40,863 bases of DNA from IMG/VR virus record IMGVR_UViG_3300017766_000521, positions 1 through 40,863 of that record. The stretch is one strand, 5' to 3'. Within the stretch, counting starts at the first letter, position 1. Every line of letters starts with the position of its first letter. The position numbers were made by a program, and so were the translations under genes. Below are positions 25,671 to 35,748 of this stretch, piece by piece. The stretch comes from a virus (Duplodnaviria > Caudoviricetes). The notes beneath the pieces are model-generated. The model was not told the DNA's origin. It did not search any database and saw nothing but the letters and a program-made list of their open reading frames with translations.

Positions 25671-25688
25671 TATGTAATCCCCTTAATG

Positions 25689-25714
25689 AAAAGGGGAGAG
25701 CTAATGCCCTCCCC
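25689..25714 (-). terminator. Intrinsic terminator
   Basis: GGGGAGGGC-ATTA-GCTCTCCCC-TTTT. Confidence 0.7.
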
Positions 25715-25720
25715 GTGTAT

Positions 25721-25942
25721 TTAATATTCACCACCGTCAACCGAGGTGATCGCCGCTGCTTCCAGCGTGTCCACTCGTGTGTCGAGGGTGTTAATCTGCG
25801 TCTGCAATCCAGACACAGCGCCTGCACCTGTATCCTCAAAGGCGAACGTGTTGTTACCTTTGAAGACCAGCGATTTATTGATGTCAGCCGTGGTAGGCTC
25901 AGGTATACCCTTGACTTGTGTAATGCGAACTTCGGTAGGCAT
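25721..25942 (-). CDS. Small virion-associated protein
   Basis: Coiled-coil LQTQINTLDTRVDTLE and DGGEY end, typical of fibre adaptors. Confidence 0.65.
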   Translation of the reverse strand: MPTEVRITQVKGIPEPTTADINKSLVFKGNNTFAFEDTGAGAVSGLQTQINTLDTRVDTLEAAAITSVDGGEY

Positions 25943-26259
25943 CAGGCACCTCCCTTCGGGTAAGCATCCTTGACGCTCTGAACCTCATCAAGCCAAGCGA
26001 GCGTATCCGCAGGGATAACGATCCCTTGGGAGTGGAGAGCCTTGGCTAGCTTGAAGATAGCATCAAGCTGATCCCCAGTCGGAGGATAGGCTTTCATGCG
26101 GTTGTAGGAGTAGTTGAACTCAGGTTCATCGACTGCCTGTTCAACAATGCCCTCAACCACGGTTTCATTCTGGTTAGCCTGTAGAGCAAGGGTTTCAGGG
26201 AGACAGGTTCCATATCGGACCACCTGTCCAGCCTGATTAAGGACGGTGAACTCGATCAT
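25942..26259 (-). CDS. Putative tail fibre chaperone
   Basis: Y..NR.KAYP..GDQLDAI...W......VK..YPK motif; follows the fibre gene. Confidence 0.65.
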   Translation of the reverse strand: MIEFTVLNQAGQVVRYGTCLPETLALQANQNETVVEGIVEQAVDEPEFNYSYNRMKAYPPTGDQLDAIFKLAKALHSQGIVIPADTLAWLDEVQSVKDAYPKGGA

Positions 26260-28268
26260 CGTTTCGTCTCCAAGAATACCATGTTAGCTGTGCGTACCCC
26301 GTTTTGACTGGTTGAGCGCAGTTGGAACGAGAGGGTCTGGTTACCGGATGAAACACCTGTGAACATGGCTACATACGAGTAACAGAGCGCACCGGAGTCG
26401 ATCAGGGTTAGACCTTCCAAGCTGGAAGACTGACCGCCTAGCGTGATGCGAACGTCCTGACCCGTGTAGTAATTGTTCACGTACCAGTATTGACCGTTTT
26501 CATAGATGTCATAGCCACTACTAGAGGCCAGACGCTGGTTAGGAGCAATCCATGTCACGATGACAATGACCGGCTGTGTGCCAGAGACGTTAACAGTGCC
26601 AGACAGGTAGGTGTTGTAGCTACCGTTCACCGCTTCAACAGCGGGGGTCTTGGTGAAGGACTGGGCCTGCGTGACCGCATTGCCAGCAATCTTCAACGTG
26701 GTGATGTTAGCGTCAGCGATCTGAGCCGTGCCAATGAGTACTTCGTTTGCAGCCAGCTTATCCGCTGTGATAGCCCCAGAGGCGATCTGAGAGGCTCCAA
26801 TAGCGCCTGCCTGAATCTTACCGGCAGTAATAGCGTTAGCAGCAATCTTATCGCTGGTGACGGCGTCTGAGGCGATCTTAGCAGCCGTTACGGCCAGTGC
26901 AGTGATCTTCTCAGAGGTGACAGAACCAGCGGCTAGCTTGTCTGTGCTAATGGCTCCAGAGGCGATCTCAGAGGCGCTAATAGCCCCCGCAGCGATCTTA
27001 CCAGCAATCACTGAGTTAGCAGCGAGGAGGTTAGCCCCAATCGTACCAGTTAAATCAGAGGTAGCTACGCCAGTGACGAAGTTAGTCCCGTCATACCGAT
27101 AGAGCTTATCGTCAGTGGTCAGGTAAACCAGTCTACCCTCCACGTTACCCGTGGTAGGCAGGGTGTTGACGATCTCTACCGGGCGGATACCCTGTGCGAA
27201 CTTGGCGGTCGTGATTGACCCGTCAGCAACAGTAGCCGCAGCGCCAGTAGCAGCCGCAACCTCTGTCCACGCACCGTTAACCCGCTTGTAGAGCTTGTTG
27301 TCAGCCTGATTGAACACCACGTCGCCATCGGTAGCCGTGGCAGGCAGGGTGTTGACGATCTGGATAGCATCAGGTGCAGCCGGGGTATACGCAGCGAAAA
27401 TGTCTACGTAAGACCCGTTCTCACAGATGTAGAGCTTGCCGTCAGTGGTGTTGTAGATCGGCTTACCAGAGATCGAGCAAGAGGTAGGCGTAGAGGTAAC
27501 GATGTCTATGCCAGAGGTGTTGCTTGTTCCACCCGTGCCACCAGTCGAGTTAACCCACTGTGTGCCGTTGTAGACGAGGGTTTGGCCGTTGGTTGGCGAG
27601 CTAATGGTGACATCATCAAGCTCGTTGAGGATAGTAGCACCAGTGCCAGACCCGCCTCCACCACTGCCACCACCGTATGCACCGTCATAGAAACGGATGA
27701 ACTGGAGTTTAGCATTGTCAGCCGCTCTAGGAGCCTCGACAAAGGTGATGTTAGCAATGCCGCTAGCAATGCCTATCGAGTAGTCAGTACCCGGTTCAAG
27801 GTCGATACCATTGAGGGACACGTTCCACAGCCCGGGGTCATAGATTTTAGTACCTAGGTTAGCCCCACCGCTATCCAGTCGGAACGTCTTAGTGACGCCG
27901 TTGAACAGCGATTCAATACTGGAGATGTCATAGATACGCGCATAGACGGTCCCAGTACGGTCAATGGCTTCCTGTACGGCATAACGAAGCTGATCGAGTG
28001 ATTTGTTAATGGCGTCTCCCGTGTAGGAAGAACCATTCTGAAACACGACAGCCGGGTTAGTGATGCTAGTGCGACGTTCAACGGTAAGCGTGTCGCCTAC
28101 GTCTACAGGCGCACTAACACGAACAATGTTAGGACTAAGGAAGACAAAGGAAACGGGACCATTCTGCCTCGTGACAACAACGTCTTCCTGCTTCAAATAA
28201 GAAAACGGGATGGCAAAGTCTGTAGTGCTGCCATCACCGTTATAAGTGATGTATGTGTTGTAAGACAT
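26256..28268 (-). CDS. Tail fibre (T7 gp17-like N-terminal anchor)
   Basis: YNGDGSTTDFAIPFSYL...V.V...RRT...F..GS...Q..YAVQE; later IV.TLP...KLY repeats and 10-aa AIT.DKIA repeats. Confidence 0.9.
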   Translation of the reverse strand: MSYNTYITYNGDGSTTDFAIPFSYLKQEDVVVTRQNGPVSFVFLSPNIVRVSAPVDVGDTLTVERRTSITNPAVVFQNGSSYTGDAINKSLDQLRYAVQEAIDRTGTVYARIYDISSIESLFNGVTKTFRLDSGGANLGTKIYDPGLWNVSLNGIDLEPGTDYSIGIASGIANITFVEAPRAADNAKLQFIRFYDGAYGGGSGGGGSGTGATILNELDDVTISSPTNGQTLVYNGTQWVNSTGGTGGTSNTSGIDIVTSTPTSCSISGKPIYNTTDGKLYICENGSYVDIFAAYTPAAPDAIQIVNTLPATATDGDVVFNQADNKLYKRVNGAWTEVAAATGAAATVADGSITTAKFAQGIRPVEIVNTLPTTGNVEGRLVYLTTDDKLYRYDGTNFVTGVATSDLTGTIGANLLAANSVIAGKIAAGAISASEIASGAISTDKLAAGSVTSEKITALAVTAAKIASDAVTSDKIAANAITAGKIQAGAIGASQIASGAITADKLAANEVLIGTAQIADANITTLKIAGNAVTQAQSFTKTPAVEAVNGSYNTYLSGTVNVSGTQPVIVIVTWIAPNQRLASSSGYDIYENGQYWYVNNYYTGQDVRITLGGQSSSLEGLTLIDSGALCYSYVAMFTGVSSGNQTLSFQLRSTSQNGVRTANMVFLETKR

Positions 28269-28298
28269 ATAATCCCTGTTTCTAATAATTATTGGGAC

Positions 28299-31200
28299 TT
28301 ATTGTGCGAATCCGGGGAACTCCATGGGAATAACTGGGTCGAACCGGGGATCACGGGACTTAACACCAAGGAGTTCTTCCTTGCTGATGTCCTCCATAAG
28401 CTGCGTACCCGGAGCGCCTTCGAGTATCTTGGTTTGCTCCCACGCCATCTTTTTGTAGGTGGCTATAGTGCTGGCAATGGCTTCTGTAAGCGGCCCATCC
28501 TTTTTACGATTTCCAATAGCTATAGGAGTAATCCCGTAGCTTATCATGTGCGTATATAGGTGATCCTCAATCGTCAGTCCGTTTGCGTCTTTGATTGTTC
28601 CATAGGTCTTAAAGTAGGTGTCAGCCACAGAGGCATTACCAATTCTCGACTTGTAGGCACGGAGGTCGAGGTCTTTGAAACCCGGTGGCGTAGGGGCCAT
28701 CGAGAAGGCTCGACCAGTCATCACCTCAATTCGATCAATGCTCTGGAAGATGTACTCTTCTCTGTTCATGGGATCGACATCGAGTGGTGCAAAGACACCA
28801 TAGATGGCACGGGTTGATCTTGGTACACTCAGAGGCTTACCAGTTAGACCATACATACGAGGGACTTCATCTCTGAAGCCAAACTCTGCCTTGAAGGTCT
28901 TTCCAAGTCGATCAAGAAGATCACCACCAGCCGTATCAATACGGGTTGGGTCAATAAGCTGGTTGACGCCACGGATAGGCGCAGGGATAAGCCCAGACGC
29001 TAACCTTGTTATAGCGTTCTCAAGAGCGCGTGTGCCTGCCTTTGGATCATCGTCAGCCCGGTTCCACTCGGTAATGAAGTCGCCGACCGACTTAGCAAGC
29101 TGGAAGGTAGGAACGTCTCTCAGCGTTGCAGCCAGAGCATAGGAGGCAGAGATCAGGTGATACTTAGACCACTTCTCCACAAAATCATCTTCCATGGAAT
29201 ACCAGCGCACAGACTGGTGATAGTTGGAGAAGAGTTTCATAATGGTAGATACAGGATCACCTCCTGTATATGAGTACCAATTAGCCCCTAATTGCACGTT
29301 ATAGCCACGGGTATCGTTTGCTGCTTGTGCGTTATTCCGCTGCCATTTGTTCTGGGGCTCTTCACCTGTCGTAAGACCGCTGGCTGCAAGTTCCCAAGCA
29401 GCGGCGGTAATGAGGGTTCCGATCACGACACGTCCCTGAGCCTCAATCTGACGGCGAGGACCATTCAGTCCCTTAAGGTCAGCATGGATACTCTGAGGGT
29501 CTTTAACGACGAGCTGCATGAGCGGTATCTGTTCAGCACTGCGAACCAATGCGTTGACAGGTACTCGCAGAACCGCTTGTGCAGTTCTGAGAAGTGGGTA
29601 CTTGGCAAACCCAGATTCAACATCCTTACCAAGACCACTTGAGAAGGGGTCTCTGAAGGCGAGGGCCGAGGTACTCTCAGAGATACGTGGGTCGATCAGG
29701 TTTCCATCTTTGTCAAAGGCGTTCCTGACACGGTGGTCAATGAACTCCTTTAGGGTCATCTTCACGTCTTCGTTAGTGGTGACTTGCACCTTAACGCCGT
29801 CTCTGACCTTGGTTTCGGTCTTGGGGACAGGAACGGTGATCGTTGGGTTAGCCTTGAGAGCCTTCAGTTCAGCCTGAAGAGAGGCTTTCTCAGCACCACT
29901 TGTCCCATCAATAAGAGCTTTGAGGTTAGTGATCTGTTCAGCCACGTTAACCTGAAAGTTAAACGCTGACTCAGCACCGATCTCAGCACGGGAGAACACG
30001 GCTCCCCAGCTTTCGTCCATGAGGGACAGGGGCCATGTCTGGGATCGAATAGCCTTACCAGCAATGTTAACTGCCATACCGGCCTTGCTTGAACTATCAA
30101 GCCCATAGTTCTCAGCCCGGATGAAACCAGACTCCTGCAAGCCAAAGCCTTCAGAGCCATAGACTTTAGACCGCTCGTTCCAGATAGCGTCCAGAACGTC
30201 TTTAACCATTGATCGCTTTGCTCGTATGCCGGCCATGATGCCAAGCATCTTTGCGCGTTGCTGGTTAAAGGCAAACACTGGACCTTTACGAACGGTCATC
30301 CCAAGTATCTCGCCAGCGTTTCTGAGGCTATAGGTAATAGGAGGGCCGATTACCGAAAGGATGAACGTAGGAAGACCTGATAGAAGGTTAGGGATGTAGA
30401 TGTCGTTGAAAGTCTTAACGACCCGGTTGAACATGCTATCCAGATCTTTACGAGCGGCCTTCTCCAGCTCCTGCATCGCCTTCTCAATCTGGTCATCGAG
30501 ACGCTCAACGAGCTTCAGATCGCCTGTTTTGAATGCTTCGTCACGCCGGGCGACAAGAGCGTCAACCCGGTTTGCTTTGTTTCCAGAACTGTCAACAGCG
30601 TCAGCGATCATGTTCACGATCTGACGATCTGTGACGCCCGCCTGTCGAAGCGGCTCAACACGTACCCTGACCGCAGCCGCTAGACGCAACTCGATCTGGC
30701 GACGGACCATGATCTGAGAGGCCATAGTAGCCATGGGGCTATCAACTTTGTCGAGCTTGCTCTTCAGGTTCAGAAGAGGTGTTCCCTCTTCCTTCATGAC
30801 GCGCGCTGCTTCAGCCTTGTTTCCAGCCTTCTCATACCCGTCAACACGGGCCTTCATGACGTTAATCTCGTCGGTGATCTGTTTAATGGTGGCGTTCATC
30901 AGGGCAGCGAACTTCTCAACCTCATCGACCGTGTTAGAACGGTTGAAGAAGCTAACGAGGTCGCTGGCATTAGTGTCCGCAACCTTGATTGCCTGTTCGA
31001 TGAACGGCTCAACGGCTTTAATAACCGCCTTGAACGAGGTGTCAGTAAGGCCAGTCACAAGCTGACCCAGTTCATTCCGGGTGAACGTCAGGTCAGGGAT
31101 TTGATCGATGATCTGTTGGATCGGGTTAGATGCACGGGGTTCAGGCTCGTCAATGAGGGCTTTAACCGCCTTTTCCTCGGGGGACTTAGGGGTTAGCCCG

Positions 31201-32549
31201 TCATCAATGGTCTCCTCACGGGTAGCCGTTTTGGAGGGCGGCTCTGTAGACTCATTAGAAGCCCGTACAGCGGGGTTAGCCTCGGTAGAATCAGCCCTAG
31301 CCGGAGGAGCCTCAAGGGCATCAGTGGGCTTCCTAGGCGCTTCTAGAGGCACTTCAGCCTTGGGGACCGCCTGGGCAGGGGTAGGAGCGGAGGCGGGGGT
31401 AGGAGCAGGGGCTTTGATCGTCTCAGCGATCTTCTCAGCCTCCTTGGGCTGACCACGGGCTACCTTGATGCCCCAAGCGATGCCTCGCAGCACGGGCTCA
31501 ATGACAGCGCCTAGGGCAGCGCCCTCGACAGCCCTCATCCCACGCTTCTGCCACTCGGTGTCAAAGTCGTTGACGGACCAGAGCCACGTCAGGTCTTGCT
31601 CAGGGATGCCTAGGGCCGTGGCTAGCTGCTTAGCTGCATCGCCTACCAGCTTGTCTTCCGGGGCGAACGCAAAGGCGTCCACGACTGCCCCTAGGCCCAT
31701 CTCTCTAAAGAAGGAACCAAGGACGGTTAGGTCACGCGCAGGCATAAGAGCGCCAAGAGCGGCTCGACCAGCGATGAACTGGGTTAGGTTGGTGACTATG
31801 GCTTCCGTAATGGGGTAGTCGGAAATGCCGACACCTTCCTGACGGTAGCTGGGGGAGTTCTTATCAAGAGCCCCGATAGACCGGGCAGTCTCCTGTACGA
31901 AATTGGCTGCACCAGTAAAGATGCTCTCACCAATCGTACCTAGGAGTGACGGCTTAGGAGCCTCCTCAACACCGTTCATGATGTTGGTTAGCTGTACAGC
32001 CGCCTGATAGCGTTCGTTGACGTTAGCCTTGGGGCTATAGAGGATGGCATAGAGGTTAGCCATGCCAGCCCCGTACATGCCGTTAAAGGCAGCGACAGCC
32101 TCTTCGTCATTCCTGTTCTTGAGAAGGGTTTCGATATGTTCCTTCTTTGCAAGCGACAGGTAACGAGCGGCTGCACCCTTGCCATACTTCATGTCAAAGG
32201 CTTCGACAGCCTCTGGGTCTGACTGGTTCTTACGGAGGGTATCGACGTGGGCATCCTTGGGGATGATCTCAAAAGCACCGATGCCCTTGTATCGACGGGT
32301 TTGATCGAGGGAAGCCGAGCGGGTCATCATCTGGGATGAACCAATCATTTGCTCTGGCTTGATACCTTCGACGCCCTGTTCGACTCGTGAAAGAGGGTCT
32401 AGGGGGTCAGCCGAGAACTGAGGAGCTTCTGCTACATCAGTTTCGGAAAGAGGTTGCGGAGAGGGTGTACCTAGCTCCGCATTGATCTCTTCGTTGGACA
32501 TGACCGCCGGTTGCTCTTCCGTATTAGGGAGCAACGGTTCTTCGTCCAT
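28299..32549 (-). CDS. Large internal virion / ejection protein (gp16-like)
   Basis: ~1416 aa, helical; synteny between gp15 and the fibre. Confidence 0.75.
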   Translation of the reverse strand: MDEEPLLPNTEEQPAVMSNEEINAELGTPSPQPLSETDVAEAPQFSADPLDPLSRVEQGVEGIKPEQMIGSSQMMTRSASLDQTRRYKGIGAFEIIPKDAHVDTLRKNQSDPEAVEAFDMKYGKGAAARYLSLAKKEHIETLLKNRNDEEAVAAFNGMYGAGMANLYAILYSPKANVNERYQAAVQLTNIMNGVEEAPKPSLLGTIGESIFTGAANFVQETARSIGALDKNSPSYRQEGVGISDYPITEAIVTNLTQFIAGRAALGALMPARDLTVLGSFFREMGLGAVVDAFAFAPEDKLVGDAAKQLATALGIPEQDLTWLWSVNDFDTEWQKRGMRAVEGAALGAVIEPVLRGIAWGIKVARGQPKEAEKIAETIKAPAPTPASAPTPAQAVPKAEVPLEAPRKPTDALEAPPARADSTEANPAVRASNESTEPPSKTATREETIDDGLTPKSPEEKAVKALIDEPEPRASNPIQQIIDQIPDLTFTRNELGQLVTGLTDTSFKAVIKAVEPFIEQAIKVADTNASDLVSFFNRSNTVDEVEKFAALMNATIKQITDEINVMKARVDGYEKAGNKAEAARVMKEEGTPLLNLKSKLDKVDSPMATMASQIMVRRQIELRLAAAVRVRVEPLRQAGVTDRQIVNMIADAVDSSGNKANRVDALVARRDEAFKTGDLKLVERLDDQIEKAMQELEKAARKDLDSMFNRVVKTFNDIYIPNLLSGLPTFILSVIGPPITYSLRNAGEILGMTVRKGPVFAFNQQRAKMLGIMAGIRAKRSMVKDVLDAIWNERSKVYGSEGFGLQESGFIRAENYGLDSSSKAGMAVNIAGKAIRSQTWPLSLMDESWGAVFSRAEIGAESAFNFQVNVAEQITNLKALIDGTSGAEKASLQAELKALKANPTITVPVPKTETKVRDGVKVQVTTNEDVKMTLKEFIDHRVRNAFDKDGNLIDPRISESTSALAFRDPFSSGLGKDVESGFAKYPLLRTAQAVLRVPVNALVRSAEQIPLMQLVVKDPQSIHADLKGLNGPRRQIEAQGRVVIGTLITAAAWELAASGLTTGEEPQNKWQRNNAQAANDTRGYNVQLGANWYSYTGGDPVSTIMKLFSNYHQSVRWYSMEDDFVEKWSKYHLISASYALAATLRDVPTFQLAKSVGDFITEWNRADDDPKAGTRALENAITRLASGLIPAPIRGVNQLIDPTRIDTAGGDLLDRLGKTFKAEFGFRDEVPRMYGLTGKPLSVPRSTRAIYGVFAPLDVDPMNREEYIFQSIDRIEVMTGRAFSMAPTPPGFKDLDLRAYKSRIGNASVADTYFKTYGTIKDANGLTIEDHLYTHMISYGITPIAIGNRKKDGPLTEAIASTIATYKKMAWEQTKILEGAPGTQLMEDISKEELLGVKSRDPRFDPVIPMEFPGFAQ

Positions 32550-32568
32550 CAATAAGTTCTCCTAAATG

Positions 32569-34692
32569 TTAATCTGGGTAAAGCTTCTTGCCCTTGTCAA
32601 TTACGGTTTGAGAAGCGTCAGACCGAGGTGTTGAGCCGTCTGAGCCAGCGATCATTCGGCGTGCATCAGCAGGAAGAGCGGCGTTACCAGAGCCAACCGA
32701 GGTTCGACCGGGTGGGGACTGGTTTCGGAGAGCCTCTGCTTGTTGTTGTTGCGGGGGCCAAACACTAAGCAACATTTCAATAGCACGGGTGTACACTTTA
32801 GACTTATCAAGCAGCGACACCGGGACATCATTTCCAGCCTGAACATGTTCGATCAGGGCTGTTGAGAGCAAGGCTTCAAAGTCATTTTGCCTTTCTCGTG
32901 CTGATGGATCGGTTTTAACTGCAATAGAGGGGTTTCCGAAAAGATATCCGTATAGGTTCTTTGAATCCTCAGACCAACGCTTTGTATAATAATCGTCAGT
33001 AAGAGCCCCACCAGTTTTAGACAGGTCATCAGCGTAGGCTCGTGCCTGTTGCTGCAACTTGGGATCAAGGATGCGCCATGCGCTGACACTCCGTGGGTCA
33101 CGGTTCTCAACAATGGCCTTACGCATCTCTGCGCGGACCTCATCGAATTTCCTTGTTTCCTCTTGAGGCTTAAGATCAGCAATCTGTTGCTTGCGAGTGG
33201 CAAGACCCGTCACTAGATCAGGGCTAACTCGATTTAAAAGTTCAAGGTCTTTTGAGGAAAGCTCACGGTTTTCGAGAAGGGCAGAGTTGACTAGCTGTTC
33301 AGCACCTCGCTTCTCCTCAGTCCTACGGCGTTCTTGCAGCGTCCATGCACGGTCGTCTTCAGCCTTTGCACGGTCTAGGACGTACTTTCGAGCAACTTCA
33401 ATCTTCTGTTCAACATCAGGAACGCCACGAAGCTCTTTAGGGATGCGATCCAAGACGTTTACATCAAGGCTAGATGTAGCTTGGTCAATCGCAGCACCAA
33501 CAATGAGTTCTCTGCGGCGGATAGCATTGATGCCTGAGACTTCTTTATCCAAGGCAGAAACAGCGTTGGACGATGAGCCTTTTAGGTCAAGAGCCGCCAT
33601 AAACTCTGCAACGCCTACTCCAGCCTTGTTCTTGCCGTCTGCATGGTAATGTGACTTACCAGCGTTAGGACCAGAGACTACAGGAAGACCGGCCCAAACC
33701 TTTGCTAGGTTGTTAGCAAAGACTTCCTTGCTACCGCCCTGTCTGTAGGCATCTAGACCAGCTTCCTTCATTAGTTGAACGCCGAGCTTGTCTTGAAGCT
33801 CAGGGTCAAACCTTTGGTTAGGATCGATGCGAAGATTTTTAACAAGACCCCGCAAGGTGTCATGAATAATCTGATAGCGACCAACTGGTGTTTCTCTACC
33901 AGCCGCAATTTCTCTGCGCTGCCATTCGAGAACCTGACCGACAGTCATGTCCGTAAAACGGATAGTGCTGTTATTAGCGTTCCTGTAATAGGCGTTGTAG
34001 TTACCGCCTGACTCAGCACGCTCAGCAATGAAATCTAGGATAGCCCCGTTTTCACCAGCGGCTGCACCTGCTTTCGGGTATTTAACGGCAGCACCGGCTC
34101 TACGCTTAAGATCTTCCTCTTCGTTCTTACGGAACTGCTCAGCACCTTCACGCTGGAAGCCACTTTCAAACTCGTTAATGACCCCTTCAAGACCACGGGA
34201 AGCACCAGCGCCATAAAAGGCTCTACCTTTGGTCCTCTCGTTCATCTCAGCGCGCATCGTGTCAAAGAACTGTTTGCGCTTGTCTGGATCGGTTCGAAGA
34301 GTGGCATCCTCTCGGAGGGCCTCTTCCATACGTCGGCGAGCCCAGTCTTCATACTGGCGCTGACCAATACCCTCAGTAACCTTGGCGACGATGATCTTAG
34401 AGGCGGTAGGCATACGCTTGCCAACCTGAACCTCATCGACCACACCGCTATCAAGCTCAGCGGCGAACTGGCTCACATAGTAGAGGATACGTTCATTATC
34501 GAGGCGGTCATTCTCGTTCTTATCCTTGCCAGCCCGGTCCTCAAGGGTGATACCGAGTTTAGACATCGATTTAGCCAGCTCTTCAAATGCGCTGGGACCA
34601 GTCTCAGACATAGGGCGAACATAAACGTCCGCGTTGTTAATTCTGGATCGACCAAGGTCAATCGAGGCTTGGTCAGGAGTGACAATAGCCAT
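32569..34692 (-). CDS. Internal virion protein (gp15-like) with central lysozyme-like domain
   Basis: AESGGNYNA...MTVGQV...GRYQIIHDTL...FDPELQDKL...WAGLP. Confidence 0.78.
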   Translation of the reverse strand: MAIVTPDQASIDLGRSRINNADVYVRPMSETGPSAFEELAKSMSKLGITLEDRAGKDKNENDRLDNERILYYVSQFAAELDSGVVDEVQVGKRMPTASKIIVAKVTEGIGQRQYEDWARRRMEEALREDATLRTDPDKRKQFFDTMRAEMNERTKGRAFYGAGASRGLEGVINEFESGFQREGAEQFRKNEEEDLKRRAGAAVKYPKAGAAAGENGAILDFIAERAESGGNYNAYYRNANNSTIRFTDMTVGQVLEWQRREIAAGRETPVGRYQIIHDTLRGLVKNLRIDPNQRFDPELQDKLGVQLMKEAGLDAYRQGGSKEVFANNLAKVWAGLPVVSGPNAGKSHYHADGKNKAGVGVAEFMAALDLKGSSSNAVSALDKEVSGINAIRRRELIVGAAIDQATSSLDVNVLDRIPKELRGVPDVEQKIEVARKYVLDRAKAEDDRAWTLQERRRTEEKRGAEQLVNSALLENRELSSKDLELLNRVSPDLVTGLATRKQQIADLKPQEETRKFDEVRAEMRKAIVENRDPRSVSAWRILDPKLQQQARAYADDLSKTGGALTDDYYTKRWSEDSKNLYGYLFGNPSIAVKTDPSARERQNDFEALLSTALIEHVQAGNDVPVSLLDKSKVYTRAIEMLLSVWPPQQQQAEALRNQSPPGRTSVGSGNAALPADARRMIAGSDGSTPRSDASQTVIDKGKKLYPD

Positions 34693-35279
34693 TAGGTAGT
34701 TCCCTCCCTCTTCTTGAACACGTCGCTAGCAATGTTGAGACCCAGAGCCAGCGGGCTAGGACCGCTTCTCATGGGTGCGGCAGCTTGTCGGCCAAGGGCC
34801 TCTGCCTCATAGGTGTCAACACGGCTCTGATAGGAGTTAAACAGGTCATCCTGCTTAGTGTTCACACGGGAGATATTCTCAGCGGTTTGCTGGCGAGCAG
34901 CGGCTAGAATGTTTTCAACAGAGATGCCAGAGACGCCAGACGAGCCAGCCGTGGCGACACCAGTGGCTACAGCCTCACGACCTTTGAGAGTGGCGTCATA
35001 GCCCTGTTGCTGGAGGGCTCTGGAGTCATAGATGTATTTGCGCTGTTCATCCTCATACTTACGCTGGGCTGCGATATTGGCAGACTGGGCGTTAGCAAGG
35101 GATGCAGTGTTAGCAGCGCCAGCGGCTTGCTGTTGACCAACAAAGCCAGCGACAGAACTGCCGATTGAGAGGGCCGTAGAGAGCGAACCGGCTGACGCGC
35201 CAATCGCCGTGGCGGCAGACGAGGCAGCGGAGCCTATAGCCGTCCCAGCGGCGGCAAGAGAAACCGGATCAATGCACAT
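34692..35279 (-). CDS. Internal virion protein (gp14-like)
   Basis: MCIDP start, Ala/Gly/Ser-rich, AGSSGVSGISV, PSPLALGL; synteny. Confidence 0.8.
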   Translation of the reverse strand: MCIDPVSLAAAGTAIGSAASSAATAIGASAGSLSTALSIGSSVAGFVGQQQAAGAANTASLANAQSANIAAQRKYEDEQRKYIYDSRALQQQGYDATLKGREAVATGVATAGSSGVSGISVENILAAARQQTAENISRVNTKQDDLFNSYQSRVDTYEAEALGRQAAAPMRSGPSPLALGLNIASDVFKKREGTT

Positions 35280-35280
35280 A

Positions 35281-35748
35281 TTAAGTCCTTAATCTAACGA
35301 ACTCGACAAAATCTTTGTCGTGAGGAGGTAGGTTCACCGTCCTGATAAACTTGAAGCCTAGCCACCTGAGCCATTTCAAATGGAGATCATTCTCAGCGTA
35401 GGCGAAATTGTGAAACACGGTGCGACCTGTTTCTTCGTAGAGGAGGTCAAGCACCGGAATAGAATTGCGTAGAAACGTCTTAGGAAACTTCTCAATCCCG
35501 CCTGTGCCGAGTAGCCATATGGCTCCCCACACATCCCCCATTGAGCTTGGGGAGACGCCTGTGATTGCGATAGGCTCACCGTCAGGCGAGATCAGGGTAT
35601 AGGATTTGATTGCGTGGTGATGACTGAGCATCAGCGCATCAAGGGGCGAGAGCCCTAAAGCCCCCGCCTCCTCTATGTCTGCTTGCCTCATGTTAGCCGC
35701 TATGAACCTAACGTCATCCTCCGTTGCCGGGTGGATATATTGGTTCAC
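35281..35748 (-). CDS. gp13-like protein (acetyltransferase-like fold)
   Basis: MRQADIEE, IWLLGT, N...N..HLKWLRWLGF; synteny. Confidence 0.8.
   Translation of the reverse strand: MNQYIHPATEDDVRFIAANMRQADIEEAGALGLSPLDALMLSHHHAIKSYTLISPDGEPIAITGVSPSSMGDVWGAIWLLGTGGIEKFPKTFLRNSIPVLDLLYEETGRTVFHNFAYAENDLHLKWLRWLGFKFIRTVNLPPHDKDFVEFVRLRT

Noticed and set aside
21604-28268. Diversity-generating retroelement or invertible fibre cassette
   Set aside because: No reverse transcriptase, TR/VR pair, invertase or inverted gene segments seen; the Mtd-like N-terminus is only a structural domain.
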